From contig CM000207.1 in assembly GCA_000002445.1 (NCBI GenBank), forward strand, positions 384,001-448,000: a stretch of DNA of 64,000 bases. Direction: 5' to 3'. Under the pieces are notes generated by a model, which saw only the letters and a list, made by a program, of their open reading frames with translations, was not told where the DNA came from and did no database searches. This DNA comes from Trypanosoma brucei (lineage: Eukaryota). The position numbers and the translations under genes were made by a program. This document shows, piece by piece, positions 51,981-62,710 of this stretch (positions are counted from its first letter, which is position 1; each line of letters starts with the position of its first letter).

Positions 51981-53909
51981 TTATTCACTCAGTACCTTAA
52001 CAAACTCATTCGGCCGAAGCAAGGACGTCCCTCCAATGATAAACTCGCACCCAAGTTTCTTTGTTGCCTCATACGCTGCTCGAATTTCACTGAAGGTAAT
52101 TCCACCCAACACAAAAAATACGAAGCGCTGTTTGCTCGACCGCCCACCAACGTTCCCAGTGCCCGCCAAATCGTGTACTGCCTTCGGTAGCGGGGGGAGC
52201 GCGGCAATAGCGGCGAGAGGTTTTTCACTGGCGCTGCTAAGCGTATCGCTTATGGCGGATCCTTTGTCACTCCATAACGCACTCGACCCCAGAGCCACAC
52301 GCAATGACTTTTTTGTGTTCGCACCGCCGGAAGGGGCGGTATTGGAAGTGGCATCCCCGCTGGACTCATCTGACCGTGTCACATACTTATAGTCCGCCGT
52401 GTCAAGTTTGTTCCCTGCCAAGGCTTCCATAATCTGATATGTCTGCGTGATGAAAGGGTCTTTTTCCGCCGAAGTTTTTGCATTCCGCCCCTCGGGATTA
52501 AGTTTTCCTACTCTGCTCGTCAGTTGTTCTAGTTTAGAGAAGGCGCCAGCTACCTCCGTTAGTTCTGACTGTTTGATAAGCGTTTGTTTCTTTGCCTCTG
52601 AGTATTCAGAGGTGTCAGTTGCAGCGGACAGCAACAAAAGCAGCCGCAGTCGCACATCCCTCGGCACTGCCTGATCCTTTATGATGTGCCGCACCGTTTC
52701 AAAGTTCGTTTTGAACGACTTACGACCAGCAGCTATATCCTGCTCTGCTTCGCAGACAACATCGAGGCATTGTTCCCGATAAAGATTAAAAATTTTTGTG
52801 CAGATATCAATGTGTACAGACAACCTTCCTTGATCCTTCTGAAACGTAGAGAGCACCCGCGTGACATTGCTAAGTTCCGTGATGCTTGGTGATGCTTCCC
52901 TCGTGTTAACCAGATGGGGATTCTCATTGTGGAGTTTCTTGAGTTCTGCAGGAAACTCTTCCATGCACTCGGCGAAAAACCGATGTCGGTACTGACACCA
53001 GTAGGGGTCCTCTTCATCGACGGAGAGTTCACGCGTGGAGCGCTCCCCCGAGCGTGTTTCAAACTTTTGCACGTACATATCGTTTTCGAGGGGCATCAAA
53101 TCTTCCAGTAAACATTGGTATGTTCTGTGGTGCATCAGCGGGGTAACGGTGTCGAACGACCTATCGAGAATAATCAACACGGGTTTACTGCTGTCCACCC
53201 CGTCGTCGTCAACCCCATTTTCAAAGTTTGGTACACTGATGGCCAACTTGGCCAGTTCGTCTAGCAGTAATCGAGAGAATACCTCGCAGCTCTGGCTTCT
53301 CCCCTGGGCGCGGACAACAGGAATACCACCTCCCATTGCATGAAGTACTTGTGTTAGCCGCGCTGCGGCTTCAGACAGAAAACTCTCACACTGTGGTGAC
53401 TGCATGGGTAACATCAGTCTTGATAAATCATTCTGCATATTGAAGTGGAAGACTAATCGCTCGGGGACCAAGAAATTCAGCATCATATCTTTAAAACCGG
53501 TCACTCTCTGCGCAACTCTTGCGCGCGCAAGTCGTTGCATGTAACTGTCAGGGGTCGTTCCCAGGGCAAAAAGGTGAACCTCCTTGTACGGGTCCTTTTC
53601 TTCCCAGTCATCAATGATGCGCTCCACCGACTCGTCGTTGGGATCAAAGAAGTACATGGCGGGTAGGCAGATTAAGGGTTGCCGTTTCTTTTTAAGGTCC
53701 TCCACTAACGCGACTCCATGTTCCATGAGGTCATTCATTCTCGCAAAACTATTGAGAACCACCGCTGAGGGGGGGTCGCAAATGATAACTTTATATTTCC
53801 CGGGAACGGCGTCTAGCATGTTTTTAAACACATACCTTTGCACGCAGCTGCGTATGCCCGGACTTTCAGGCGGTTTCTGTTTCGACAGCTTTGCATGGTT
53901 GCTCATCAT
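51981..53909 (-). CDS. Sec1/Munc18 (SM) family protein, 642 aa; subfamily not resolved (exocytic Sec1/Munc18-like or Vps45-like)
   Basis: KVIICDPPSAVVLNSFARMNDLMEHGVALVEDLKKKRQPLICLPAMYFFDPNDESVERIIDDW aligns with the SM-family domain-1 consensus (KVLVVD..S.R.LSS.CKM.DI...GIT.VEDI.K.REPLP...AVYLI.P...SV..LI.DF). The C-terminus ...FIIGGTSLLRPNEFVKVLSE is SM-like. ATG at 53907-53909 verified. Confidence 0.82.
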   Translation of the reverse strand: MMSNHAKLSKQKPPESPGIRSCVQRYVFKNMLDAVPGKYKVIICDPPSAVVLNSFARMNDLMEHGVALVEDLKKKRQPLICLPAMYFFDPNDESVERIIDDWEEKDPYKEVHLFALGTTPDSYMQRLARARVAQRVTGFKDMMLNFLVPERLVFHFNMQNDLSRLMLPMQSPQCESFLSEAAARLTQVLHAMGGGIPVVRAQGRSQSCEVFSRLLLDELAKLAISVPNFENGVDDDGVDSSKPVLIILDRSFDTVTPLMHHRTYQCLLEDLMPLENDMYVQKFETRSGERSTRELSVDEEDPYWCQYRHRFFAECMEEFPAELKKLHNENPHLVNTREASPSITELSNVTRVLSTFQKDQGRLSVHIDICTKIFNLYREQCLDVVCEAEQDIAAGRKSFKTNFETVRHIIKDQAVPRDVRLRLLLLLSAATDTSEYSEAKKQTLIKQSELTEVAGAFSKLEQLTSRVGKLNPEGRNAKTSAEKDPFITQTYQIMEALAGNKLDTADYKYVTRSDESSGDATSNTAPSGGANTKKSLRVALGSSALWSDKGSAISDTLSSASEKPLAAIAALPPLPKAVHDLAGTGNVGGRSSKQRFVFFVLGGITFSEIRAAYEATKKLGCEFIIGGTSLLRPNEFVKVLSE

Positions 53910-54088
53910 TTCCTTTCACAACAAAGTGTATAGTTAATAGATCACGAAGAAAGAAAAGGAACAAGAAAAAGAGAGCCGATTTTTTTTTGTTTTTCCAGAC
54001 TTGACATGGCGAAGGTTCTACCACCATTGTTGTGAGGTTCTTGTCGCAGATTTTACGGTGACAGGCGGCCGCCAGCCGTTACCAAAAC

Positions 54089-54089
54089 G

Positions 54090-54128
<39 letters not shown>
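54089..54128. repeat. compound (CA)n(TA)n microsatellite
   Basis: Direct read of cacacacacacacacacatatatatatatatatatatatat. Confidence 0.9.
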
Positions 54129-54454
54129 GGATACGTGCACGCGTGAAGACGGGATATGTAGGGTTCATACCTGCCAGTGACAGAATGGACAAGTACATAG
54201 CGCGTTTGTGCGCACATCTGTGGTGATTTTGTTTTTTTTTGAAATATTTTCTCGTACATAAGAGAGGAAAAAGAAGACGTATACAAGAAAAGGACAGGGA
54301 AATGTTTTATCTACATGTTTTCGTTGAGATACTTTTCTTCATTTTACTTTTCTTCTCCCATTTTCCCCCTTTTCTACTCTGGTGGAAGAGATGCCTGGTA
54401 GCGTTAACGCCGCCCCCCCCCCACAAAAAGAAATTAACCTGCGCACGGTGGCCT

Positions 54455-56569
54455 CTACCGACTCGTCATGTTGTATGACACGTTATAATGCCCAGGACCA
54501 GGCGCCCGGGGGTTCTTGCGTTCCCACCTCTCGGACTGCAATCGATGACCACAGAACTGTGTCTCTTTGGTTATTTGCCTCTCAAAAAGCGGAACCGACT
54601 TGCATTTGTAGGGGATGTCAACATTGTAGACTGCCTGGGCACCGCATCCACCGGTGTTGAATAATCGCGCACGTTTTTCGCGCGAAACGTGTGTTTCAAT
54701 CATCGGGTTCCCCACCACACGAGGTTCTACTAGTCGGCGATTGCTGGTATCATAGCAAAGGTCATGCATCACTTGCCAGGTCGCAGGCGGCCGCGAGCTC
54801 CCATTTATTTTTGCTGCACGCTCTGTTGTTGGTTTCACCCATTTGTAATTCGGTACCTCGCCAATCTCCGCTGGGTTCGGTTGGTGCAATGGCGTGTGAC
54901 CAGGGGCCTTCGGGTTTATATACACCGCTACCGAACGTTTTGTCACAGGAGCCAAATTAACATTCTCCGGGGCCTCTGGCGCAACTGAAGTTGGTGCAAA
55001 GGAGCTCCGACCTTTCATCCTGGAAAACTGCCGTACCCGCGGGGCGTCACAACGATCGAACATGCCGCGAGGGAATGAGGTGTCGCGCTCGATCGACACG
55101 GAGCGGTCCACATTCTTCATCCGCTGCTGCTTCTCCAATTGCTCTTCAGTCGACAGCCGCGGTGCCATTAGTACGTTGCGAGTGCGCCGCCTCACGGCGT
55201 TCAATGCATTATCCACATCGGCGACATCCGGCACTGCTCTGTACGGGGGAGCCTTATTCAACCAGTGTTTCTCCCGTGTACTCTCACGGTCCATGGCGAC
55301 AATACGGTGGGGATTGTGCGCGATGTCACCTCCGACGTCGTACATACCCACCGCCGCCGCTGCCGCGACCGCCTCACGTTTTCGCTCAGTCACAGTAAAA
55401 GCGAACTTTGCGGGGCAGCGGACACGCTTAACAGTGGAACGAACATCGGCGTACGGGAAGTAGTCCAAGTCTGCTGCGGCACTCCGTGCACTGGCGACAG
55501 ATCGCGGCGTTTTAGATGTGAAGAAATAGCTCCCTGTGTTTGCCGGAGCCAACCGCTCGCGCACAACGAACGCGGGTTCCGGGACGCGGTAAGTAACACT
55601 CACTGCGAAGTCCCGCACGCTCTCCGCGCCGTGGATAGAAGGTGTCTGACAATCGAACACAGTTTTAGGGCGCGACAAACTGAGTTCCTCTGGTTGTTCC
55701 TCTTCTTTAACAGTTCGGGTACGTGGAGGGGCAATATACCCGCCAGTTACCCGTGGTTCCACCTGGCTGAAGCGCAGGTGGTAGTGTCCCAGTTCCGGAT
55801 GCCACACCCCAGGCAATGAGGACCCGTCGTGGAAGCGTTTCGCACGCTTGAAACTTGGTGATACCGACCTACCTGTCTCCCTCGGCGACTTCGCGCGACC
55901 TGAAAGCGTGGTTGCCCCCATTCCGTTTGCTGTTGCGGACAGCTGCGCCTCAGGGAGAATCGCAGCATTAAATTCAGAGGCCGTGGTCCAGTGCTCACGG
56001 CCCACGGCGTCAGAAACCGCGTCCGCATCGATGAGCCTATTCGCTGGAAGCATGAAGAGCGTAGTCTCCAGTTGCCGCGCGTCATCGGGATGTGGGGCGT
56101 TCTCAGTCGTCTTTTGCGCCATACGAGCCGTCCGTAACGCATCGATGCGGTAGGGACGAAAACTACTAATCAGTTCGTCGTTGTCTGCTATGTGTTTGAT
56201 CGTCTCCGCTGTGGGTACCATATCAACGATGGTGTTGTACCCGGCGCCCTCGATGATGGTGCCGCCCAGGTCGTTATTTACGTCAGCCGCCGCCTTTGTG
56301 CACGAAGGCGCCATGGTGCGGAGCTCTGGTAATACAAGACGGAATTCTGCCGCTACGTCCCAAGCTTTTTGGGACTCCCTTTGGAGCTGTAGCAGCCGCT
56401 CCCGCTCCTTTTTGCCGACGGACTGCACATTCTGAGAGATGCCGGCGCGACGGAGAAACGCATCACTTTTGTCGATTGAACAACCAACGCGGCTGAGACT
56501 CGGCTGGATGGTTGTCACGATCCGATTCAACATCTGCACGTCATCTAGAGCATTGTCCACAACCACCAT
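54455..56569 (-). CDS. hypothetical protein (704 aa), basic, Pro/Arg/Ala-rich, with no recognisable domain
   Basis: Long minus-strand ORF (MVVVDNALDDVQMLNRIV...) with ATG at 56567-56569 verified. The coding-like composition is continuous. Confidence 0.55.
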   Translation of the reverse strand: MVVVDNALDDVQMLNRIVTTIQPSLSRVGCSIDKSDAFLRRAGISQNVQSVGKKERERLLQLQRESQKAWDVAAEFRLVLPELRTMAPSCTKAAADVNNDLGGTIIEGAGYNTIVDMVPTAETIKHIADNDELISSFRPYRIDALRTARMAQKTTENAPHPDDARQLETTLFMLPANRLIDADAVSDAVGREHWTTASEFNAAILPEAQLSATANGMGATTLSGRAKSPRETGRSVSPSFKRAKRFHDGSSLPGVWHPELGHYHLRFSQVEPRVTGGYIAPPRTRTVKEEEQPEELSLSRPKTVFDCQTPSIHGAESVRDFAVSVTYRVPEPAFVVRERLAPANTGSYFFTSKTPRSVASARSAAADLDYFPYADVRSTVKRVRCPAKFAFTVTERKREAVAAAAAVGMYDVGGDIAHNPHRIVAMDRESTREKHWLNKAPPYRAVPDVADVDNALNAVRRRTRNVLMAPRLSTEEQLEKQQRMKNVDRSVSIERDTSFPRGMFDRCDAPRVRQFSRMKGRSSFAPTSVAPEAPENVNLAPVTKRSVAVYINPKAPGHTPLHQPNPAEIGEVPNYKWVKPTTERAAKINGSSRPPATWQVMHDLCYDTSNRRLVEPRVVGNPMIETHVSREKRARLFNTGGCGAQAVYNVDIPYKCKSVPLFERQITKETQFCGHRLQSERWERKNPRAPGPGHYNVSYNMTSR

Positions 56570-56722
56570 GATGGTCGCACTCGTCTAGATAATGTCTCAC
56601 CCTACCCCTGCTGTGTAAAACCTAACGAGAAACAATGAACTCTTCTCACCGTTGCCGTTCAGTTATCTCCTTTCCCGCGCGCAAATGTGGCTCCGGGCTC
56701 TACTCTAAAGAACAGTCAGAAG

Positions 56723-56743
56723 CAACAACAACAACAACAACAA
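56723..56743. repeat. (CAA)7 microsatellite
   Basis: Direct read. Confidence 0.9.
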
Positions 56744-57165
56744 AGTCGTGCTGCTGCAGAAACACGGCGTTTCCTTCCTCCCTTTATTTGCCTTCACAAT
56801 AGTTGTTGGGGAAAAGAAAGAAGGAGTGGGGGGCAATAATGGGCAGGAAAAAAAAAGAAAAGACCGCGGGTAAATGATGGGCTAAGGGATAGTAAGGCAG
56901 AGGCGGACCGCACCGATAGGAGGTTGCACCTCCGTTGAAGAGGAGAAGAAAAAAGAGTGAAGACGGCTACACGTTCGTTTTGGTTGTTCGTTCGCTTGCC
57001 CCCCCCCGTCACAACTCGGGAGGAGAATAGAAATGCGATGGAACGCACAGGGGGGAGGGAGTAATTTCGTGGGTAGTGTGCGCGCGCGTGGGGAAGGGGA
57101 AAAGATGCAGCTGCTTGTTGTAGAGAGAGGAAGATCACAAAAGGTAAAAACAAACAATCGAAAAC

Positions 57166-57189
57166 ATATATATATATATATATATATAT
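57166..57189. repeat. (AT)12 microsatellite
   Basis: Direct read. Confidence 0.9.
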
Positions 57190-57395
57190 GCATTAAAATA
57201 CGTGGAGCTACATACTTTAAAAGTAAAAATTAAATAAACATACCACGTTTCGGCTTTTTTTTCTTCAAAGGGGGGATGAGCGGGACCGTTAGTGTTGTCC
57301 CTGGGCACACACACAAAAAAAAAACGACAGCAGCAACCAAGTACAAGGAGTTGCGCAGTTGGGGAGGGATGCGATAGGGACGGAGTAGACAAACC

Positions 57396-57414
57396 GACAC
57401 ACACACACACACAC
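57396..57414. repeat. (CA)n microsatellite
   Basis: Direct read. Confidence 0.9.
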
Positions 57415-58830
57415 TCACGGGCAGGTGTTTGATACAAGAGTAACAATCAAGAAGGTAGTGGCAACAACGCAAAGAACAAAGACAGTGATAAATAGACGGA
57501 GCGCAAGCCCCTCCCCGCCACAGCAACCCACATTAAAACATCACTCTCTTCACTTCCCTTAGAACTCTCCCACTTTCATGTATTCCTGCCTGTTTAACTT
57601 TCTTTTCCTTTTGATTCCTCTGCCCCGCCCTTCCAACCACTTGGGTCGTTGCCCACGCAACCCAAATTCAACCACATGCCTTTCCGAGTATTTCCTTCAC
57701 CACTCAACGTGGCCAAAAGATCCCCCACCATTTTTACTTGTTTATTCCTCTCCAGCGATAATGGAGGTGCCGCCCAACTCCCTTTTGCTTTCCGCTGCTG
57801 CCACCATTACTGCTCCCATGCACTGCATTTTGGTCATACGGAAGAGGGAGTTGGAGAGGAGTGCGGTGAAGGGTGTTATGAGTCGAAATCGTAACAACTG
57901 GTGGGGCGATGCGGATAAATGGTAGTGAAACAAAACACACAGAGTAAATAGCATGCGACCAAGCACAAGTACCAAACGCAAAAGTTATAATAGAGAGATG
58001 GCGAGAAGAAAGGAGTGACACTAATAACTACTAACGGATAAGAATAAAGGATATGGTAGGTGTGTTTGTTGAAACGAACCCCCTTCCCCAATCATTTGCC
58101 CTCACCGTCATTAATGAAACACCATAACCAAGCCGAATACCAGCGAAAAAAAGGAAACACCTACCAGCGAACAGACGACGACACAAACCGAATACGGCAA
58201 CGCGAAGAAATAGTTTCTTTGTTTTTCTTCAGCCTTCCGGGCACATGCCCACCCTTCCCCATCTCATACAGCTACCGACACATTTCCCTATGCGTGAGAC
58301 GTGCCGTTTACAAAGCGAAAGCACACACACACACACAAAAAAAAACACAACCGAAACATAACCAATCGTACACACACTCACATTGTAGTAGAAAGTTCCC
58401 CCTCCCGTTTAGTTTTTGCTCACGCGTAAATATATTTGTCCAGCAACCTCTCCTCACTCGGGCTGCTTTTTTTTTTTGCATGTTTCGCTGCCCCTACCCT
58501 GTTTTCCTTTATCAGCATCCACAGCCCTCTACACCTCCTGATGCTTTCCACCAGTTGCACACCCTCACAAAAATGAAAGAAATAATAAAAAAAAAAGAAA
58601 CAACAGCTGATCGCTACAATTTGCTTCAAAGTTCCCAGTTTCTCTTCATATCTATCGACCCCTCATCTCACTCTGATACCCCATGATCCAAACTTAGTCA
58701 GCCCCGCGTGTGAGCACCTCAGTTCCGAAACATTACCAACCCTTTCACACTAATGGATTCCCCCCCCTTTCCATTTATCTTTTCCTCACACCTGCCACCT
58801 AAAAGTCCCCGTCCACAAACTCCCAGGGAC

Positions 58831-60222
58831 TTAAAAACACTCGGCTATGGCACGCGCGGCAAGCAGCACATCCTTGAAAGTGTTGTACAACGGCACTGGA
58901 GCGAGGAAGACAAGGTCCGTCGAGCACGTACTAACAATAATACCGACATCACGCAGATACCGCTCCATGCACTCCGCGTCACTTTCACTCTCACCCCCAT
59001 ATGAGGCCCGTGGCGTAAGGCTCGCTGACAATTTATTGGGTAGTATACGAATAGTCAACTGTGCTCCGCGCTGGCTTGGGTCGACGGAGGTCAAAAGGCG
59101 GATGGAGCCAGGCGGAACCAACTCACCGAGCAATAACTCCAAATAGGATGTCAGCAAAAGTGATTTCTCGCGTAGTGAGTCCATGCCAACCTTTGCTATG
59201 AGGCGCACACTTGGTAACAGGGCCATCATGCCAAGCACTGACACATTACTGAGCTGAAACCCTGCAGCGCCTTCCGCAGGCTCAAATTTATAGGACGGAT
59301 CAATGAGATCCCGCGGTTCGTGACCCCTACAGCCACGGAGCGTCTTGAGCTCACTCCCAACCTGCGTATGCTTCGTGTGCACAAAGGCACCAGCAAGGTT
59401 TCCTGGCCCGCTGTTTAGGTATCTATAAGTGCACCAACTTGCAAAATCCACCTCCCACTCGTGCAATTTGAGAGGCACGTTACCCACGGCGTGCGCACAA
59501 TCCACACCCACGATGATGCCTTTGGCGTGCGCGGCCTTCGTTATGGCCTGCACGTCAACCAGTTGCCCCGTAATAAAGTGGAGGGCGCTGAGTAGTATCA
59601 CCGCAATCTCACTCCCCCGCTTGTCGATGATGGAGAGGTATTCGGTCATTGGTATGTGTGCTGGGGAATCTTTCCCATCCTCATCTTTAGGAGCACACAC
59701 AGTGATGAGGTCCTCCGCTGGGTTAAGGCCCCGGGCCTCCAATTGCGACATCACCGCATAAACATTGTTGGGAAGGGCATAGTTCCCCATCATCACTAGC
59801 CGCCGATTTCCTTTCGGCTTGTAGAAGGCTATTAGCAACAAATGCAAGTTCACCGTGTAGGAATTCATTGTGATTACCTCACTCTCCTGCGCCCCGACAA
59901 TTTCCGCGATCTCCTTCCGGCCAAGGCGATCGACCTCAGCCCACGGGTTAGGGTGTTGGAATTCAGCGAGCACGCCGAGCTCACGCCACCGCTTCAGGGC
60001 ACCAGCAACACTCGACTCCACGTCCTTGTGCTGCAAACCAAGTGTTTGCCCACAGAGGTAAACGTGATCGGAACCGTCGCGCCGCTTTGGAATATTAAAG
60101 GCGTCGCGATGCACTTGCAGTGGGTCATTGCGGTCCATGCACTCAGCAAAACCATCTTCGGTGAGCGCAAGACCCTCGGCTCGTGCGGTGCTAAGAAGTT
60201 TTTCCGCTGCGTTATTGCGCAT
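58831..60222 (-). CDS. kynureninase-like PLP-dependent (fold-type I, class V) enzyme, 463 aa, with Arg in place of the expected Schiff-base Lys
   Basis: HAVGNVPLKLHEWEVDFASWCTYRYLNSGPGNLAGAFVHTKH and GAAGFQLSNVSVL align closely with human KYNU ([42 protein letters not shown] ... GVCGFRISNPPIL) and bacterial kynureninase (CTYKYLNGGPG). The codon at 59422-59424 (minus) is AGA, giving Arg where the PLP lysine is expected. ATG at 60220-60222 verified. Confidence 0.85.
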   Translation of the reverse strand: MRNNAAEKLLSTARAEGLALTEDGFAECMDRNDPLQVHRDAFNIPKRRDGSDHVYLCGQTLGLQHKDVESSVAGALKRWRELGVLAEFQHPNPWAEVDRLGRKEIAEIVGAQESEVITMNSYTVNLHLLLIAFYKPKGNRRLVMMGNYALPNNVYAVMSQLEARGLNPAEDLITVCAPKDEDGKDSPAHIPMTEYLSIIDKRGSEIAVILLSALHFITGQLVDVQAITKAAHAKGIIVGVDCAHAVGNVPLKLHEWEVDFASWCTYRYLNSGPGNLAGAFVHTKHTQVGSELKTLRGCRGHEPRDLIDPSYKFEPAEGAAGFQLSNVSVLGMMALLPSVRLIAKVGMDSLREKSLLLTSYLELLLGELVPPGSIRLLTSVDPSQRGAQLTIRILPNKLSASLTPRASYGGESESDAECMERYLRDVGIIVSTCSTDLVFLAPVPLYNTFKDVLLAARAIAECF

Positions 60223-60483
60223 ATAGGCGTCGAATGTATTGGAAGCGGTGTACTTGCACTTGGGTGCACGTTATACCCTCCGCTACTTCGGCTACTTCTT
60301 TGGCGACCTGCTCCGTCTCTGTTATGTACGTAAGCTATGCGTTCCAGGTGCTTAACTTTACACCAGTTGATGTATAAGGTTACCCGATACGATTCTACTT
60401 TTTCACCCTTCCCTTAGTTGTCAGCCCCCAGGATACCGGAGAATAATGACTAATTTCCTCCCTTACCCCGCTTCCCTTACGTT

Positions 60484-60506
60484 TTATTATTATTATTATT
60501 ATTATT
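60484..60506. repeat. (TTA)n microsatellite
   Basis: Direct read of ttattattattattattattatt. Confidence 0.9.
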
Positions 60507-61133
60507 TTTTACTTCCTCAAAGTTCAAGCGCACTATTTGCCTGTGTAAATGCTTCTTTCCTTATTTATTTGCTTAGTTTTCACAACTTCTGTGCTTCCTC
60601 CCCTTTGTTTGCTTCTCTCTGCTTTTTTTTCCCCCTTCACCTTTCCCTACTTATTTCCCCTCGTTTCTACTGTATTTTGTTTTTCCCCCTTATTATTTTT
60701 GTCTTCCTTTTATTTCCTTTCCTTACCAAAAAGGTTTGAGACAAGTTCCTTGGCGACGCCGTGACGGAGGAAAAAGGGGGGAAAAGGGGTAAGTGTATGT
60801 ATTTATGTATGTGTGTGTGTGTGACGTAACGTGACATGTACACACGTATGGCGACACCGCAACGAGTGATAAAAAGAAGAGGAGGATAACGACAGACGAA
60901 AAAAGGGAATAAAAAAATGAGAGCAGGCGATGGTAATGATGGAGCGCGTCATCTCAGTGGTGAGGGCCCTTCTTCTCCACCCCTCCCCCTCAACTTCATA
61001 CCCAATTTCAACCGAATTAGTTCAGTGCTGCGGCGATTAGAAAATATATAACCAAGTGGTTGTAGGCGGCTGCATCCAAACGACACTATCAATAGCTTTT
61101 GTCTGTGTCGAATATCCGGGTGAGAATGCTCAT

Positions 61134-61146
61134 GGGGGGGGGGGGG
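61134..61146. repeat. G13 homopolymer
   Basis: Direct read. Possible assembly or sequencing trouble spot. Confidence 0.85.
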
Positions 61147-61471
61147 AACTTGGGTACTACTACTACTTCAACTTCATACATGCATGAAAAAGTAAGAGAT
61201 GAATAAGAGAATTGGAATTCTAAAGGTATGAGCTTTTTTGTAGCGCAAGTAGGAGACACCCCTCAATGCTCCTCTTTTTCGATGGTTGCTAAATTATATT
61301 AAAAATTAGGAAAATACCGCATAGGAGGGAGGGGACGGGGGGACCAAAACCGAAAGAGACGCTAGCACAGTTGACCGATTCATATGGATGCACACGTGCT
61401 TACCGCATGTGTTTCCTTCCTTCTGTTTTTGCATTCTCAGTGTTCTCAGCATTCACTTGCTTCCTCGATCC

Positions 61472-61720
61472 TCATTTGCTCGGTGTGTTCTTGTTGGCGT
61501 GCGAACGGGAAGTGACGGTGATCTTCTTTACGGATGGATGGATGGAGCGTTCGATCTTGTCAGCCTTCTTTTTGTCAGCCATCACGAGGGTGTAAAGGTG
61601 GCGACTGCAACGGACCTTGAATTTGGTCACCTTCGGGTTGTGCTTCACCTTCACACAACGGGCATCCTTGCGACTGCAAATAGCAAGGAACTCCTTGAGG
61701 TTCTTGATCTCACGCGGCAT
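61472..61720 (-). CDS. RPL38: 60S ribosomal protein L38 (eL38), 82 aa
   Basis: [59 protein letters not shown]... matches the eL38 consensus ([60 protein letters not shown]). ATG at 61718-61720 verified. Confidence 0.88.
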   Translation of the reverse strand: MPREIKNLKEFLAICSRKDARCVKVKHNPKVTKFKVRCSRHLYTLVMADKKKADKIERSIHPSVKKITVTSRSHANKNTPSK

Positions 61721-62544
61721 TTCTGCCCCTTAGGGGTAACGTTGCAAGGTATAAGTTGCCATTTGTGTGATGCACAACGGCGGCACACAGAAGGACATGA
61801 TGGAATGGGTGGGGGTTTTGTGTGTGTGTGTGTTGGGGGAACAAGTGAAGAAAATGGAAGGAGAAAATTAATAGAAAATAATCGTGTAGTAAGTTGGGGG
61901 ACACATCAAGCACAAAATGAAAGAAATGGCAGCTCAGAGCCCTTTGCACACAAGGGCAACAACATTAGGGCCACGGGTAAAAAAACAACGTCCTCGTTCG
62001 GTGAGTTCGTGTATATATAATATTTTGTGAGCTCGAGCCGATTAAACAAAGAAAAAAATTGTGAAAAAACCAACGGAAGTAACGACAGTTGCGGGTGAAA
62101 ACGAGCAATTGCATGAGTTTGAAGCGTTTCCTTGTTTTTTTTCCCCGCTACCTGTTGTTTCCTTCACAGCGCACCTGCACAATTTGAAGCTTCAGTTTCT
62201 TTCAGTCTGCTCAATTATCAGTTTCATTCGCATCTTTCCAACGTGTGCACGACCACACTCAGTGCTCAAATATAGTAGTTTGCATATCTAAAAAAAACAA
62301 AAAGAGAAGTTATTTATGCACGCGTCCGAACGTTAACAAACAGAATGAAGGGAAAATATAACCGTAAGAGGGGAAATACATCGAGCGCTGCATTCATTCA
62401 CCCGAGTGGGTGAATAATGTCAGGTCATCACTGTACGATTCTATGTGAGGGAACCTCCGACCGAAAGGCCCCAGTAAGAAATGACGGGGTGAAAGGAGAG
62501 GAGTACCAACTCTTCCGTCGTCAGGCTCGTTAAAACGCGCCTCA

Positions 62545-62570
62545 ACCCCCCCCCCCCCAAAAAAAAAAAA
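62545..62570. repeat. C14 followed by A12 homopolymer pair
   Basis: Direct read. On the minus (transcribed) strand this is T12G14, a possible polypyrimidine element upstream of RPL38. Confidence 0.85.
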
Positions 62571-62710
62571 GAAACAAACAAACGAAAAAGGGACGGAGAA
62601 TAGAGGAAAAAACAATTACTCCCTCATGTATGTAAAAAGCGATACAAAATCCGGTATTGCAACGGTGCTCATAATGCGAGACACAATATGGCGAGTGTGA
62701 GCCTCTCTCA

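Noticed and set aside
58060-58686. 208-aa plus-strand ORF in the 56570-58830 gap.
   Set aside because: It is on the opposite strand to the transcription unit and its composition is low-complexity and microsatellite-driven (His/Thr/Gln/Pro runs from CA/AC repeats), so it is most likely UTR sequence.
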